From an uncultured Actinomycetes bacterium (GTDB taxonomy: Bacteria; Actinomycetota; Thermoleophilia; UBA2241), in contig CAVRZA010000001.1 in NCBI GenBank assembly GCA_963725665.1, forward strand, positions 288,001 through 352,000: a DNA stretch of 64,000 bases. Reading direction: 5' to 3'. Every line of letters starts with the position of its first letter. The first letter of the stretch is position 1. The position numbers were made by a program, and so were the translations under genes. The notes beneath the pieces were generated by a model. The model made no database searches. It was not told the DNA's origin and was given only the letters and a program-made list of their open reading frames with translations. This document shows positions 10,100 through 21,229 of this stretch, piece by piece.

Positions 10100-11251
10100 A
10101 TGACGCAGGTGAGCAGGATGTTCTACACGCCGACCCGGATCGTGCACGGTCTCGGGTGCGTCGCTGGCCTCGGCGGGCAGGTGCGGGCGGTCGGCGGGAC
10201 CCGGGCGTTCGTCTGCACGGATGCCGGGCTGACCGCGGCCGGCGTCACGACGACAGTGACGTCGCACCTCGAGAAGGCTGGCGTGCCGTTCGTCGTCTTC
10301 GACGACGTCCAGGAGGATCCCGGTGTCCAGACCGTGGCGGCCGGTGTCGAGCGCTTTCGCGACGGCGGCTGCGACGTCGTCGTCGCGCTCGGAGGCGGCA
10401 GCCCCATGTGCGCCGGCAAGGGCATCGCGCTGGTGGCCGCCAACGGCGGCGTGCTCACCGACTATGAAGGCTTCAACAAGGCCGCCGATCCCCCCTACCC
10501 GGTCATCGCCCTGCCGACCACGGCCGGCTCGGGGACCGAGGTCTCGAAGGTCACGATCCTCACCGACGAGGCGCGTGACTTCAAGATGTCGATCCTCGAC
10601 GAGCGCACCTTCCCGAGGGTGGCCATCCTCGACGCGACACTCATGGAGACGCTGCCAGCGTGGCCGGCCCTCGTCGCGGGGATGGACGCCCTCGCCCACG
10701 CCCTCGACGCCGTCTGGTCGGTGGGGGCGACCCACTTCTCGGACGACCTTGCCGTGACCTCGGCGGCGACGATCTTCGCGTCGCTGGCGCCGGCGGCGCT
10801 CACGGGCGACCTCGCGGCCAAGCAGCGCATGCTCGAAGCGAGCTCGGCGGCCAACATGGCCACGGGGACCTCGCTGCCGGGTCTCGCTCACGTTCTTTCG
10901 CAGCCGCTCGGCCGCTATCACATCGCTCACGGGCTGGGCACGGGCATCATGTTGCCCTACACGATGGAGTTCAACCTGCCCGTGGCGGCCGAGAAGATGG
11001 CGCCGATCGCGCGCCTGCTCGGCTGTGTGGGCAGCGACAGGGAGTGCGCCGAGGAGCTCCTCGATCGGCTGTGGGAGCTGATGGAGGAGGTGGGCTTCCC
11101 GGCCACTCTCGACCCGGAGATCGTGCGCGAGGACGACCTGCCGCTGCTCGTAGAGCAGTGCACACAGGTCGTCAACTACAGGCTCAACGTGAGAAGGGCC
11201 TCGCCGGCGGACCTGACCAAGCTGTATCGCCGTGCGCTTGGAGAGGAGTGA
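10100..11251 (+). CDS. Iron-containing alcohol dehydrogenase
   Basis: ALGGGSPMC.GK, PTTAGSGTEV, GMDALAHALD, GLAH.LS, H.AHG metal ligands; GGAGG RBS upstream. Confidence 0.92.
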   Translation: MTQVSRMFYTPTRIVHGLGCVAGLGGQVRAVGGTRAFVCTDAGLTAAGVTTTVTSHLEKAGVPFVVFDDVQEDPGVQTVAAGVERFRDGGCDVVVALGGGSPMCAGKGIALVAANGGVLTDYEGFNKAADPPYPVIALPTTAGSGTEVSKVTILTDEARDFKMSILDERTFPRVAILDATLMETLPAWPALVAGMDALAHALDAVWSVGATHFSDDLAVTSAATIFASLAPAALTGDLAAKQRMLEASSAANMATGTSLPGLAHVLSQPLGRYHIAHGLGTGIMLPYTMEFNLPVAAEKMAPIARLLGCVGSDRECAEELLDRLWELMEEVGFPATLDPEIVREDDLPLLVEQCTQVVNYRLNVRRASPADLTKLYRRALGEE

Positions 11252-11254
11252 CGG

Positions 11255-13150
11255 ATGACCAGCGAGCAGAATGTCGGGGGCTTCTGGGGCAAGGTCCTCT
11301 TCGTCGATGTCGGCTCGGGTGAGACGCGGGAGGAACCTCTCGACACCCGAGGGGCCGTCGACTTCGTCGGCGGCCGCGGCCTGGGCGCCTACTACCTGTT
11401 CAAGCTGCTCGCGCCGGGCACCGATCCCCTGGCGCCCGAGAACCCCCTGATCTTCGCCCAAGGCCCGCTCTCGGGTACGGCCGCGCCCGGCTCCGCGCGC
11501 GCGGCCGTCGTGACGAAGTCGCCGCTCACCGGGCTCTATCTGTTCTGCATCACGGGGGGCAAGCTGGGCCCGGCGATGCGCCGCTGCGGCTACGACGTGA
11601 TCGTCCTCACGGGACGCGCGGAGGAGCCGGTCTACGTCGAGGTGGCCGGCGGCGCGGCGAAGATCCGCAGAGCCGCCCACCTCTGGGGCCTCGACACGCA
11701 GGCCACCCAGGAGTACATCCGCGACGAGCTGCCGACCGGCAAGCTGGCGATCACCTGCATCGGCCCTGGCGGTGAGCGGCAGGTGCCCTACGCGTGCCTC
11801 ATCAACGAGCGCCGCGCGCTCGGGCGCGGCGGCGCCGGCGCCGTCATGGGGGCCAAGAACGTCAAGGCGCTGGTCGTGCGCGAGGGGCCCGAGTCGGCGC
11901 CGGTCGCCGACCCCGACGCCTTCAAGCGAGCCGTGCGCAAAGTCGGGACTGAGCTGCGCGACAACCCGTTCACCTCGGGTCCGCTCAAGCTGCATGGGTC
12001 GGTGAGCACGGTGGCCGTGACGCTCAACACGGGCATCCTGCCGGCCGAGAACTGGCGTCGCTCGGCGACGCCGGCCGAGGCCGGCGGGCTCCTGGGCGAG
12101 ACGCTGCGCTCCGACTACCTCGTGAAGGACGCGCCCTGCGGCGACCCGTGCCCGGCGCGCTGCACCAAGGTCACCCTGGTGCGCGACGGCCCGCACGCCG
12201 GCGCCACCAGCGAAGGTCCGGAGTACGAGACGATCTACGCCCTGGGCACCTCCTGCGGCATCTACGACCTTGGCGCCGTCATCGCCGCCGACCAGCTCTG
12301 CGACCTGCTCGGCCTCGACACCATCTCGGTCGGGGTCACGATCTCGTTCGCCATGGAGTGCTACGAGCGGGGTTTGCTCGATGCGACCGACACGGGAGGC
12401 GTCGACCTGCACTTCGGCAACGCCGAGGCGATGCTGCAGCTCATCCGCGACGCGGCCTATCGGCGCGGCTTCGGGGCGCGCATAGCACGGGGCTCGCGCG
12501 CCTTGGCCGAGGAGATCGGTCAGGGGTCGGAGGCGTTCGCAATGCACTGCAAGGGGATGGAGGTCGGTGGTTACGACCCGCGCGGCGCCAAGGGGATGGC
12601 TCTTGTCTACGGCTGCGGCCCTCGCGGCGGTTGCCACCACGCCGGCGGTTACACCGTGACGGCCGAGTTGACCAACCCCGCGCTCGACCGCTTCGCCGAC
12701 TCGGGCAAGGCGCCGATCACACTGGCTACGCGCAACCGCAGGGCCGGCGCCGCCGACTCGGCCGGCACGTGCGCCTTCCTCTCTATCGGCATGCAGGACG
12801 ACACCCTGGCCGAGCTGGTCGCGGCGGCGACGGGCAGGCCCGTCGCCGCCGCCGACCTGTACCTCGCCGGTGAGCGGATCAACACGCTGGAACGCGTGCT
12901 CAACGTGCGCGAGGGGCTGCGCCCCGAGGGCGACGCCATCCCGCGGCGGCTGATCGACGAGGCCGTGCCCGAGGGCATGCTGGCGGGACAGACGGTGGAC
13001 TGGGAGCTGATGCGCTCGGAGTTCTACACGGCGAGCGGCCTCGACCCGGCCACCTCGCTGCCGACCCCGGAGACCCTGGCCCGCCTCGGCCTCGAGTGGG
13101 TGCGCGACGATCCGACGGTCGCGGCCCTGATGCCGGAGGCGAGGTCATGA
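11255..13150 (+). CDS. aor: Aldehyde:ferredoxin oxidoreductase family protein (W-pterin), copy 2
   Basis: GGRGLG, KSPLTG, GRGGAGAVMGAKNVKA, CGDPCPARC, GPEYET, DLLGLDT, RGGCHH, GTCAF. Confidence 0.93.
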   Translation: MTSEQNVGGFWGKVLFVDVGSGETREEPLDTRGAVDFVGGRGLGAYYLFKLLAPGTDPLAPENPLIFAQGPLSGTAAPGSARAAVVTKSPLTGLYLFCITGGKLGPAMRRCGYDVIVLTGRAEEPVYVEVAGGAAKIRRAAHLWGLDTQATQEYIRDELPTGKLAITCIGPGGERQVPYACLINERRALGRGGAGAVMGAKNVKALVVREGPESAPVADPDAFKRAVRKVGTELRDNPFTSGPLKLHGSVSTVAVTLNTGILPAENWRRSATPAEAGGLLGETLRSDYLVKDAPCGDPCPARCTKVTLVRDGPHAGATSEGPEYETIYALGTSCGIYDLGAVIAADQLCDLLGLDTISVGVTISFAMECYERGLLDATDTGGVDLHFGNAEAMLQLIRDAAYRRGFGARIARGSRALAEEIGQGSEAFAMHCKGMEVGGYDPRGAKGMALVYGCGPRGGCHHAGGYTVTAELTNPALDRFADSGKAPITLATRNRRAGAADSAGTCAFLSIGMQDDTLAELVAAATGRPVAAADLYLAGERINTLERVLNVREGLRPEGDAIPRRLIDEAVPEGMLAGQTVDWELMRSEFYTASGLDPATSLPTPETLARLGLEWVRDDPTVAALMPEARS

Positions 13151-14769
13151 CCGACTACGGCGACTTTCGCGAGTACATCACGGCCCTCGACGACGGCGGC
13201 CTCTTGCGCCGTGTGAAGTCCTCCATCTGCAAGGACACCGAGCTCATGCCACTGGTGCGCCTGCAGTTCCGCGGCCTGCCGGCCGAGGAGCGCACAGCGT
13301 TCCTCTTCGAGCAGGTGACCGACGCGACCGGCCGGCAGTACCCCGGGCCGGTCGCGGTGGGCGTCATGGGCGCCAACCGCGAGGTCTACGCCAAGGCCCT
13401 CGGCTGCGCGCCCGACGGCATAGTGCGAACGCTGGGCCGAGGTGCACGGCGGCGGCTACATCGAGCCTGTGCTCGTCGACGACGGTCCCGTGCTCGAGGA
13501 GGTCCACGTCGGAGACGATCTCCTCGAGCACGACGGCATCCTGGAGTTCCCCCACCCGATCTCGACACCCGGCTTCGACCCGGCGCCGTACTTCACCTCG
13601 CCCTTCTGGGTCACCAAGGACCCCGAGACCGGCGTGCGCAACGTGGGCACCTACCGGGTCATGGTCAAGGAGGCGGACAGCGGCCGGGATGATGGCCCAC
13701 CAGTCGCAGCACATCGGCATCCACCTGCAGAGCGCGCGCCAGCGGGGCGAGATGCTCGAGGCGGCCATCATCCTCGGCTGCGCGCCGGCGGTCGGACTGT
13801 GCAGCGTGGCCAAGATCCCCTACGGCGTCGACGAGTTCGCCGTGGCGGGGGCCATCGCCGGTCGACCCGATCGAGCTCGTGAAGTGCCGGACGGTCGATC
13901 TCGAGGTCCCGGCCAGCGCCGAGATCGTGGTCGAAGGATACGTCGACCCGACGTTTCGCGAGGCCGAGGCGCCATTCGGGGAGTACACCGGCTACATGGG
14001 GACGCAGGGTGGCCAACCCCGTCTTCATACGTCACCGGGATCACCCACCGCCGAAAGCCGGTCTACCAGGCCTTCCTCAGTCAGTTCCCGCCCTCGGAGA
14101 GCAGCCTCATCCGTAAGCTCGCCTACGACGCGGTCTACCTCAAGCACCTGCGTTCGGCCAATATCCCCGGCGTGCTCGACGTGCAGCTGCACGAGGCCAC
14201 GGGCAGCTACGGGCTCATGGTCATCCAGCTCAAGAAGGCGCACCCGTCGCAGCCGTGGCAGGCGCTGCACTCGGCGGCAGCGCTCGATCCGACCATCGGG
14301 AAGATGATCGTGGCCGTCGACGACGACATCGACCCCAACGATGCCGATGCGGTCAACTGGGCGATGGCCTATCCGCATGCGGCCTCATCTGGACGTGCAC
14401 ATCGTGACGGGCAAGGCCTCGATCCTCGACCCCTCGTCGGCGCCGCCCGAGGCGCACGTCGACGAGCAGCGCTTCCCGCCGCCGGTGGGCACGTCGTGCA
14501 TCCTCATCGACGCCACCCGCAAGTGGGACTACCCGCCCACCTCGCTGCCGCGCAAGGAGTTCATGGACAAGGCGTTGAGGCGGTGGGAGGAGGAGGGGCT
14601 GCCGCCGTTGTCGCTCAAGAAGCCGTGGTTCGGCTACGAGCTGGGCTACTGGACCGACGAGGCGCGCGAGGAGGCCAAGGCGGCGGTCGAAGGCGGCTAT
14701 CTCGAGCACCGGCGCTCGCCTGCGAACCACACGCGAGCCGGTGCCTTCGTCGGGGTTCGCGGACACTGA
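13147..14769 (+). CDS. UbiD-family (prFMN-dependent) decarboxylase; about 5 frameshifts in this sequence
   Basis: Collinear fragments: DFREYI..L...[57 protein letters not shown]...V.WA, LDPS, IDATRKW.YP. Confidence 0.88.
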
Positions 14770-14805
14770 GAGCACAGAGCACTGAGACGAGAAGGGGAGA
14801 GTTAG

Positions 14806-16029
14806 ATGGCTGATCTGTCGGTCGATTTCGCGGGGCTCAAGCTCAAGAACCCGTTCATCATCGCCTCATCCGAACTGACGAACAAACTGGACAAGATCAA
14901 GATCGCCGAGGAGAACGGGGCTTCGGCCGTCAGCACCAAGCTCACCTTCCTCAAGGTGCCGCTGTACGCGCGGCCCTACCACATCATCGAGAAGGGCGGC
15001 GCCTTCTATTCGCCCTCCGGCGAGCGCATGCAGGTGGAGGACACCCAGGAGCTCATCCAGCAGTGCAAGGAGCAGACCGACCTCAAGATGATCGCCAACA
15101 TGATGGGGCCGGGCGAGGATCTCGAGGGCTGGGCGAAGCTGGGGCGCATGCTCGAGGATGCGGGAGCCGACATGCTCGAACTCAACATGTCGTGCCCGAA
15201 CCTGGGCCTCATGGCCAAGCAGATGGGCGTCGACGAGGAGCCGGAGCTGGGCGCCACGCTGGGTAAGGACCCGCTGCTCGCCGGCCAGGTCACGAAGGCG
15301 GTCGTCGACGCCGTCAACATCCCGGTGATGCCCAAGATGACCCCCGAGGCCAACACCATGATGGTGTCGCAGTCGGTCGAGAGGAACGGGGCGGCGGCCG
15401 TGTCGGCCATCAACTGTCCGCAGTCGCTGCCGCCACTCGACATCAACAACGGCGGCCGGCCGTTTTACCCATCCACGGGCAACCAGTCCTACGCAGGGCT
15501 GTGCGGCCCCTGGATCCGGCCGCTCGCCTATCGGCACGTGGCTCAGATGAGCACCGTCTGCCCCGACCTGCCCATCGCCGGTGGCGGAGGGCTCATGAAC
15601 TGGCGCCATTCGATCGAGATGCTCATGTACGGCGCCACCGTGCTCACCTACTGCTCGCTGCTCTACCTCAAGGGCTACAAGGAGTTCACAAAGATCGAGC
15701 CGGGCGTGCACAGGTTCATGGACCAGCACGGCTACGAGACGCTGGCCGACGTGCGCGGCCTGGCCCTCAAGTACATCGTCACGCCGGGCGAGGTCGACTA
15801 CATCCCGATGCTGCCCGAGATCGATCTGCAGAAGTGCAACGGCTGTGGTCTCTGCGCGGCCCCCGGACACTGCGAGTGCATCGAGATCGTCGATGGCAAA
15901 GCCGTCCTGGTGAACTCCACGGACTGCTACTCGTGCGCCGTCTGCTACTTCCTGTGCGCGCGTGACGCCATCCGCATGAAGGAGGCGCCGATCGAGAAGA
16001 CGCGGGCCGGCGTCGCGGCTCGGGACTGA
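14806..16029 (+). CDS. Dihydropyrimidine dehydrogenase PreA / dihydroorotate dehydrogenase-like FMN protein with C-terminal 2x[4Fe-4S] domain
   Basis: DLSV.FAGLKLKNPFI.AS, ELNMSCPN (active-site Cys), PKMTP, AIN, GLCGPWIRPLA, GGGG; C-terminal CNGCGLC...C and CYSCAVC...C. ORF intact. Confidence 0.85.
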   Translation: MADLSVDFAGLKLKNPFIIASSELTNKLDKIKIAEENGASAVSTKLTFLKVPLYARPYHIIEKGGAFYSPSGERMQVEDTQELIQQCKEQTDLKMIANMMGPGEDLEGWAKLGRMLEDAGADMLELNMSCPNLGLMAKQMGVDEEPELGATLGKDPLLAGQVTKAVVDAVNIPVMPKMTPEANTMMVSQSVERNGAAAVSAINCPQSLPPLDINNGGRPFYPSTGNQSYAGLCGPWIRPLAYRHVAQMSTVCPDLPIAGGGGLMNWRHSIEMLMYGATVLTYCSLLYLKGYKEFTKIEPGVHRFMDQHGYETLADVRGLALKYIVTPGEVDYIPMLPEIDLQKCNGCGLCAAPGHCECIEIVDGKAVLVNSTDCYSCAVCYFLCARDAIRMKEAPIEKTRAGVAARD

Positions 16030-16057
16030 TGATCGGCTGGGGAGAGGGGCGGCGTCG

Positions 16058-16941
16058 ATGAAGGCTTTCGACTACGTTCGCCCGTCATCTGTCGAAGAGG
16101 CCTGCTCGGCCCTGACGGCCCCCGACGGTCAGGTGAAGGTCCTGGCCGGCGGCACCGACGTCCTCGTCCAGATGAGGCTCGGGACCCTGCAGCCGCAGAC
16201 GCTGGTCAGCCTGAGGGACGTCCCCGACCTTGCCATCGTGCGCCTCGAGGACGACGGCGCGCTGACTATCGGCGCCGCCACCACACTCGGGGCGGTCGAG
16301 AACGCGCCTGCGGTGCGGGGCAGCTTCCCGGCGATCGGCGAGGCGGCCGCGTGCATCGGCTCGGTGCAAGTGCGCAGCCGGGCGACGGTGGGCGGCAACC
16401 TCTGCAACGCCGCCCCATCGGCCGACATGGCGCCCATCCTTCTCGTCTACGAGGCCGAAGCGATCATCACCGATGGGAGGGCGGAGCGCAGCGTGCCCTT
16501 GGAGAAGTTCTTCGCCGGGCCGGGGGAGACGGTGCTCGGACCGGGGGAGCTGCTCAAGGCCCTGCGTGTGCCCCCCCTCCCTCGCGAGCAGCCACGCCAA
16601 GTACTACAAGACCTTCCGCTCCGCCATGGACTGCTGCACCGTAGGCGTCGCCATCGCCGCGGTCTTCACGCCGGGCACGACGAGCCTCAGCGACGTCCGC
16701 CTGGCACTCGGGGCCGTGGCGCCCACGCCCGTCCGTGCAAGGCAGGCGGAGAGGATGGCGCTCGATCAGCCGCTCGACGAGGGGCTGATCGAGCGCGTGA
16801 GCGCCCAGGCCGCCGCGGAGGCCTGGCCGATCAGCGACGTGCGCGCCTCGGCCGAGTACCGTACGACGCTCGTGGAGGTGCTCACGAGGAGAGCCCTGAA
16901 GGCGCGCTCTCTCCTGGGCGGAGCAAGGAGGGCGAGGGTGA
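16058..16941 (+). CDS. Xanthine dehydrogenase family FAD-binding subunit (frameshifted)
   Basis: [60 protein letters not shown]. Frameshift in the C-run near 16570-16590; probable true stop is the TGA at 16939-16941. Confidence 0.85.
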
Positions 16942-17421
16942 AGCGGGAGCTGCGCATCACGGTGAACGGCGACGAGCATCACCTGCTCGTCGACACGCGG
17001 CGCACGCTGCTCGAGGTCATCCGCGACGAGATCGGCCTGACCGGCACCAAGAACGGCTGCGGCGCCGGCGAGTGCGGCGCCTGCACGGTGCTGGTCGACG
17101 GTCTGCCGGTCAACTCCTGCCTGATGCTGGCCGACGAGGCCGACGGCCGGAGGTGACCACCATCGAGGGCCTCGCGGCCGGCGGCGAGCTCGCACCCCAT
17201 CCAGCGAGGCGTTCGTCGAGCACGGCGCCATCCAGTGCGGCTTCTGCACGCCCGGCATGGTCCTGTCCGCCAAGGCCCTGCTCGACCGCAACCCCGACCC
17301 GACGCGGGAGGAGATCCTGCAGGGGCTCTGGGGCAACCTCTGCCGCTGCACCGGCTACGTGAAGATCGTCGACGCCGTCGAAGCGGCGCGCGACATGCTC
17401 GCGGAGGTGGGGTCGCGATGA
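16938..17421 (+). CDS. Xanthine dehydrogenase family 2Fe-2S subunit (frameshifted)
   Basis: AAGGAGG RBS then [49 protein letters not shown] spread over three frames. Confidence 0.88.
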
Positions 17422-19737
17422 CGACGACGATAGAGGAGAAGCAGAGGCAGACCAGCGTCATCGGGCAACGGCTGCCGCGCATCGACGCCATCCCGAAGGT
17501 CTCCGGCGAGGCGCAGTACACCGTCGACCTCAACATGCCGCGGCATGCTCGTCGGCAAGATCCTGCGCAGCCCGCACCCGCACGCCCTGATCAGGTCGAT
17601 CGACACCTCGCTGGCGAGGCAGGTCAAGGGCGTGCGGGCGGTCATCACCGCCGACGACGTGCCCGACAACCTCTTCAGCTTCTTCCAGTGGCTGGCCGAC
17701 AAGCACATCCTCTGCATGGACAAGGTGCGCTACGTCGGCGACGAGGTGGCCGCGGTGGCCGCCGTCGACGAGGACACGGCCGAGGAGGCGATCTCGCCTG
17801 ATCAAGGTCGAGTACGAGGCGCTGCCGGCGGTCTTCGAGCTCGAAGAGGCGCATGCGACCCGGCGCGCCGCTGGTGCACGACGACAAGGAGAGCAACACG
17901 ACCTGGAGCGTCGACCGTCTCTTCGGCGACCCCGACACGGCGCTGCGCCGAGTGCGACTACGTCGTCGAGGGCACCTACGTCACCCATCAGGTGGCGCAC
18001 ACCTGCCTCGAGGTCGTCCAACTGCATCGCCAGGTGGGACAACAAGGACCGCCTCACCATCTGGACCAACGCCCAGGCACCGCACACGCAGCGACAGGAG
18101 GTGGCGCGCGTCCTGGGCATCCCGCTGCGCAACGTGCGCGTCATCAACTCGCACATGGGCGGCGGCTTCGGGTCGAAGCTGGTGATGGACATGAAGCTGC
18201 CCATCGCCGCCGTGCTGTCGAGGATCACCGGCCGCCCGGTGCGCATCGTCAACACCCGCAGCGAGGAGTTCATCGACGGCGCAAGACGCGCTACCCGTAC
18301 ACGATGCACCTGAAGACCGGGGCCACGAAGGACGGCCGCATCCTCGTGCGCGACCTGGAGCTGATCGGCGACGCCGGCGCCTACCACGACAAGGGGCCGG
18401 CCACCGTCAACTTCTCGAGCATGATGTTCGGCACCCTCTACAACGTGCCCAACATGCGCTTCCACGGCCAGCTCGTCTACACCAACAAGGAGATGGGCAC
18501 GGCGTTCCGCGGCTTCGGCAACCCGCAGGTGACGTTCGCCACCGAGTCGCAGATCGACGAGCTCGCCGAGAAGATGGGCATGGACCCGCTCGAGCTGCGC
18601 CTCAAGAACGCCAATCAGCCCATGCAGACCACGTTCACCGGCGCCGAGATCTCGGGCTGCGCCATGACGGAGTGCATGCTCGCCGCGGCCGAGGGCATCG
18701 GCTGGGAGGAGAAGAGGAAGCCGGCCGGGAAGAAGCCGCTCCGCGGCGTGGGCCTGGCCAACATGGTCCACACCGGAGGCGGCGGGCGCTTCTACGGCTA
18801 CAACTCGGCTGAGGCCTTCATCAAGCTCTCGGACGAGGGCACGGTGACGCTCATCACCTCCGCCCTCGACATGGGCCAGGGCGCCCACACCGCGATGGCG
18901 CAGATCGCCGCCGAGGAGCTCGGCGTGCCGCTGAGCGACATCAACGTCCTCTCCCACGACACCGACCTTACGCCCGTACGACCTGGGCTCCTGGGGGAGT
19001 CGGGCCAGCTTCATGAACGGGAACGCCGTCCTCGCGGCCGCCAGGGACGCGAAGCGCAACCTGGTCGAGGCCGCGGCCGAGATGCTCGAGGCCGATCCCC
19101 GAGGACATCCTCATCCAGGACGGCAAGATCTGGGTGAAGGGCTCGGCCGAGAAGCACGATCTCTCCGAGATCGTCGAGCCACGCCGTCAACGAGCACGGC
19201 GTCACCATCTCGGGCACCGGTCGCTTCGTCGACAGGCTGCCCGAGGGCTACACGATCCCGACCGCGTTCGCCAAGAACATCCCCTACTTCTCGTTCGGCA
19301 CGCAGGCGGCCGAGGTCGAGATCGACCCCGAGACGGGCCAGGTCCGGGTGCTCAAGGTGGTGGCGGCGCACGAGACGGGCACGACCATCAACCAGACCAT
19401 GGCCGAGGGGCAGATCGAGGGCGCCGTCGCACAGGGGATCGGCTTCGCCCTCATGGAGGAGCTCGTGCACGAGAACGGCAGGGTCGTGAACGACCGCTTC
19501 CTCGACTACAAGATCCCCAACATCGGCGACATGCCCGAGATCAAGGCGATCTGCGTCGAGAGCGTTGGCACGAACGGGCCGTTCGGCGCCAAGGGCATCG
19601 GCGAGCCGGGTCTGGTGCCCACGGCTCCCGCCATCGCCAACGCCGTCTTCGACGCCATCGGCGTGCGCTTCCACGAGCTGCCCATCACCCGGGAGAGAGT
19701 CCTCGAGGCCCTGAAGGAACGGCGAGCGGCGACGTAG
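17418..19737 (+). CDS. Xanthine dehydrogenase family molybdopterin-binding (large) subunit (multiple frameshifts)
   Basis: [67 protein letters not shown]...[13 protein letters not shown] (catalytic Glu), PITRE. Confidence 0.9.
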
Positions 19738-19751
19738 ACGCACGAGGGGAC

Positions 19752-20620
19752 ATGGCCGGAGTGGCGCTGCGGGCCGTCGCCTGCGACACACTCGCCGACG
19801 CCCTCGGTCTGGGGAGTCGGGAGATGGTGGCGCTGGTCGGTGGCGGAGGCAAGACCAGCGCCGTCCGCCTGCTCGCCGGCGAGCTGAGCGTCGAGGGGCA
19901 GGCGCGTGCTGGTGGCCACGACGACGGCCATGTTCCTGCGCGAGATGACCGCCGTCGGCCCGGTGGTGATGGGCGCCGACGGCGACGGCGCTGACAGACG
20001 GATTGAGGAAGGCTCTTGGCGAAGGGACGGACGGCTTCGGTGGCGCGTTGCCGCGGTCGAGGGCGGCAAGGTGGCCGGTCTGTCTCCGGCCGCGTCGACG
20101 AGCTGTGGGCCGAGGGTCTGGTCGATCACCTGATCGTCGAGGCCGACGGAAGCCGGGGCAGGTCGCTGAAGGCCTTCGGACCTCACGAGCCGCAGGTGCC
20201 GGTCACGGCCACCACGATCGTGCAGGTGGCCGGACTGGACGCCCTCGGGGCGCCGCTCACCGACGAGCACGTGCACCGGTCGGAGACGCTCGCGGCGCTG
20301 CTCGCGATACCGCTCGGCTCCACGGTGACGGCGCGCGTCTTCGCCGACAGCCTGCGGGTGCAGGTGCGGCGACTGCGGCGAGAAGGGAGGGTGGCTCGCC
20401 TGGCCGCCCTGCTGAACAAGGCCGACGGCCCGGCCGAGCAGGCGTCGGGGCTGGCCGTCGCGGAAGAGTTGCTGGAGGGCGCTGCTCGGTGCCGACGGTG
20501 TGTCGACCGGCGGTGGCCGCCGGTGGCCCGACGCTCTCGTCATCGCGAGCCTGCGGGAGCGGCGCTTCGCCCGTGTGTCGACGACGGAGGGGCGGGCGTA
20601 GTGGCCGGCGACGAGGCGCG
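19752..20620 (+). CDS. yqeC: Selenium cofactor protein YqeC (frameshifted; may be fused to the downstream MocA domain)
   Basis: VALVGGGGKTS, VLVATTT.M, IVEADGSRGRSLKA...HEP.VP, AGLDALG.PL....VHR, LLNKAD. End boundary approximate. Confidence 0.75.
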
Positions 20621-20634
20621 CGAAGCGAGGCCGG

Positions 20635-21229
20635 CGCGGCGTCTCCGTCGCGGCCGTCGTGCTGGCAGCCGGGCGCGCCACGCGCATGGGAGGGCAGAAG
20701 CTCCTGCTGCCGCTCGCGGGGCGGCCGCTGGTGCAGTGGGTCGTCGACGCGGCTCTCGGCTCCAAGGCCACCGAGACGATCGTCGTCGTCGGCCACGAGG
20801 CCGAGCGGGTGGCGGAGGTCCTCGAGGGCCGACCGGTGACCGTGGTCGTCAACTCGGACTACGAAGAAGGGCTTGAGCACCTCGCTCCAGGCGGGGGTGC
20901 GGGCGACGGGCACGGCCTGCGACGCGGCGGTCTTCTTGCTCGGCGACCAGCCGTTCGTCGACTCCGCGCTGTGTCGATCGCCTGATCGACCGGTTCGCGG
21001 AGTCGGGCGTGGAGGTCGTCCGGCCCGCTGATAGGCGATCGGCCGGCCCACCCGGTGCTGATGAGCGCCGGCTGTTCCCCGAGATCCTCGAGCAGCGCGG
21101 CGACGTGGGGGGCCGCGAGATCATCGAGCGGCATCCCGAGCGGGTCTGTCTGGTCCCGGTCGACGACCCCGCGTCGCCCAGGACATCGACTCGATGGAAG
21201 ACTACGAGGCGGCGAGGGAGAGCGCATGA
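20635..21229 (+). CDS. mocA: Molybdenum cofactor cytidylyltransferase (MocA/YgfJ-like NTP transferase), frameshifted
   Basis: AAVVLAAG.ATRMG..KLLLPL.GRPL, N.DY.EG.STSL..G, LGDQP, GHPV, GDVGGR, DID...DY; stop overlaps the xdhC ATG. Confidence 0.8.

Noticed and set aside
16473-17156. Apparent in-frame fusion of the FAD subunit C-terminus with the 2Fe-2S subunit
   Set aside because: A strong AAGGAGG RBS and a GTGA start/stop overlap at 16938-16941 indicate separate genes. The fusion is most likely one more indel in an error-rich stretch.
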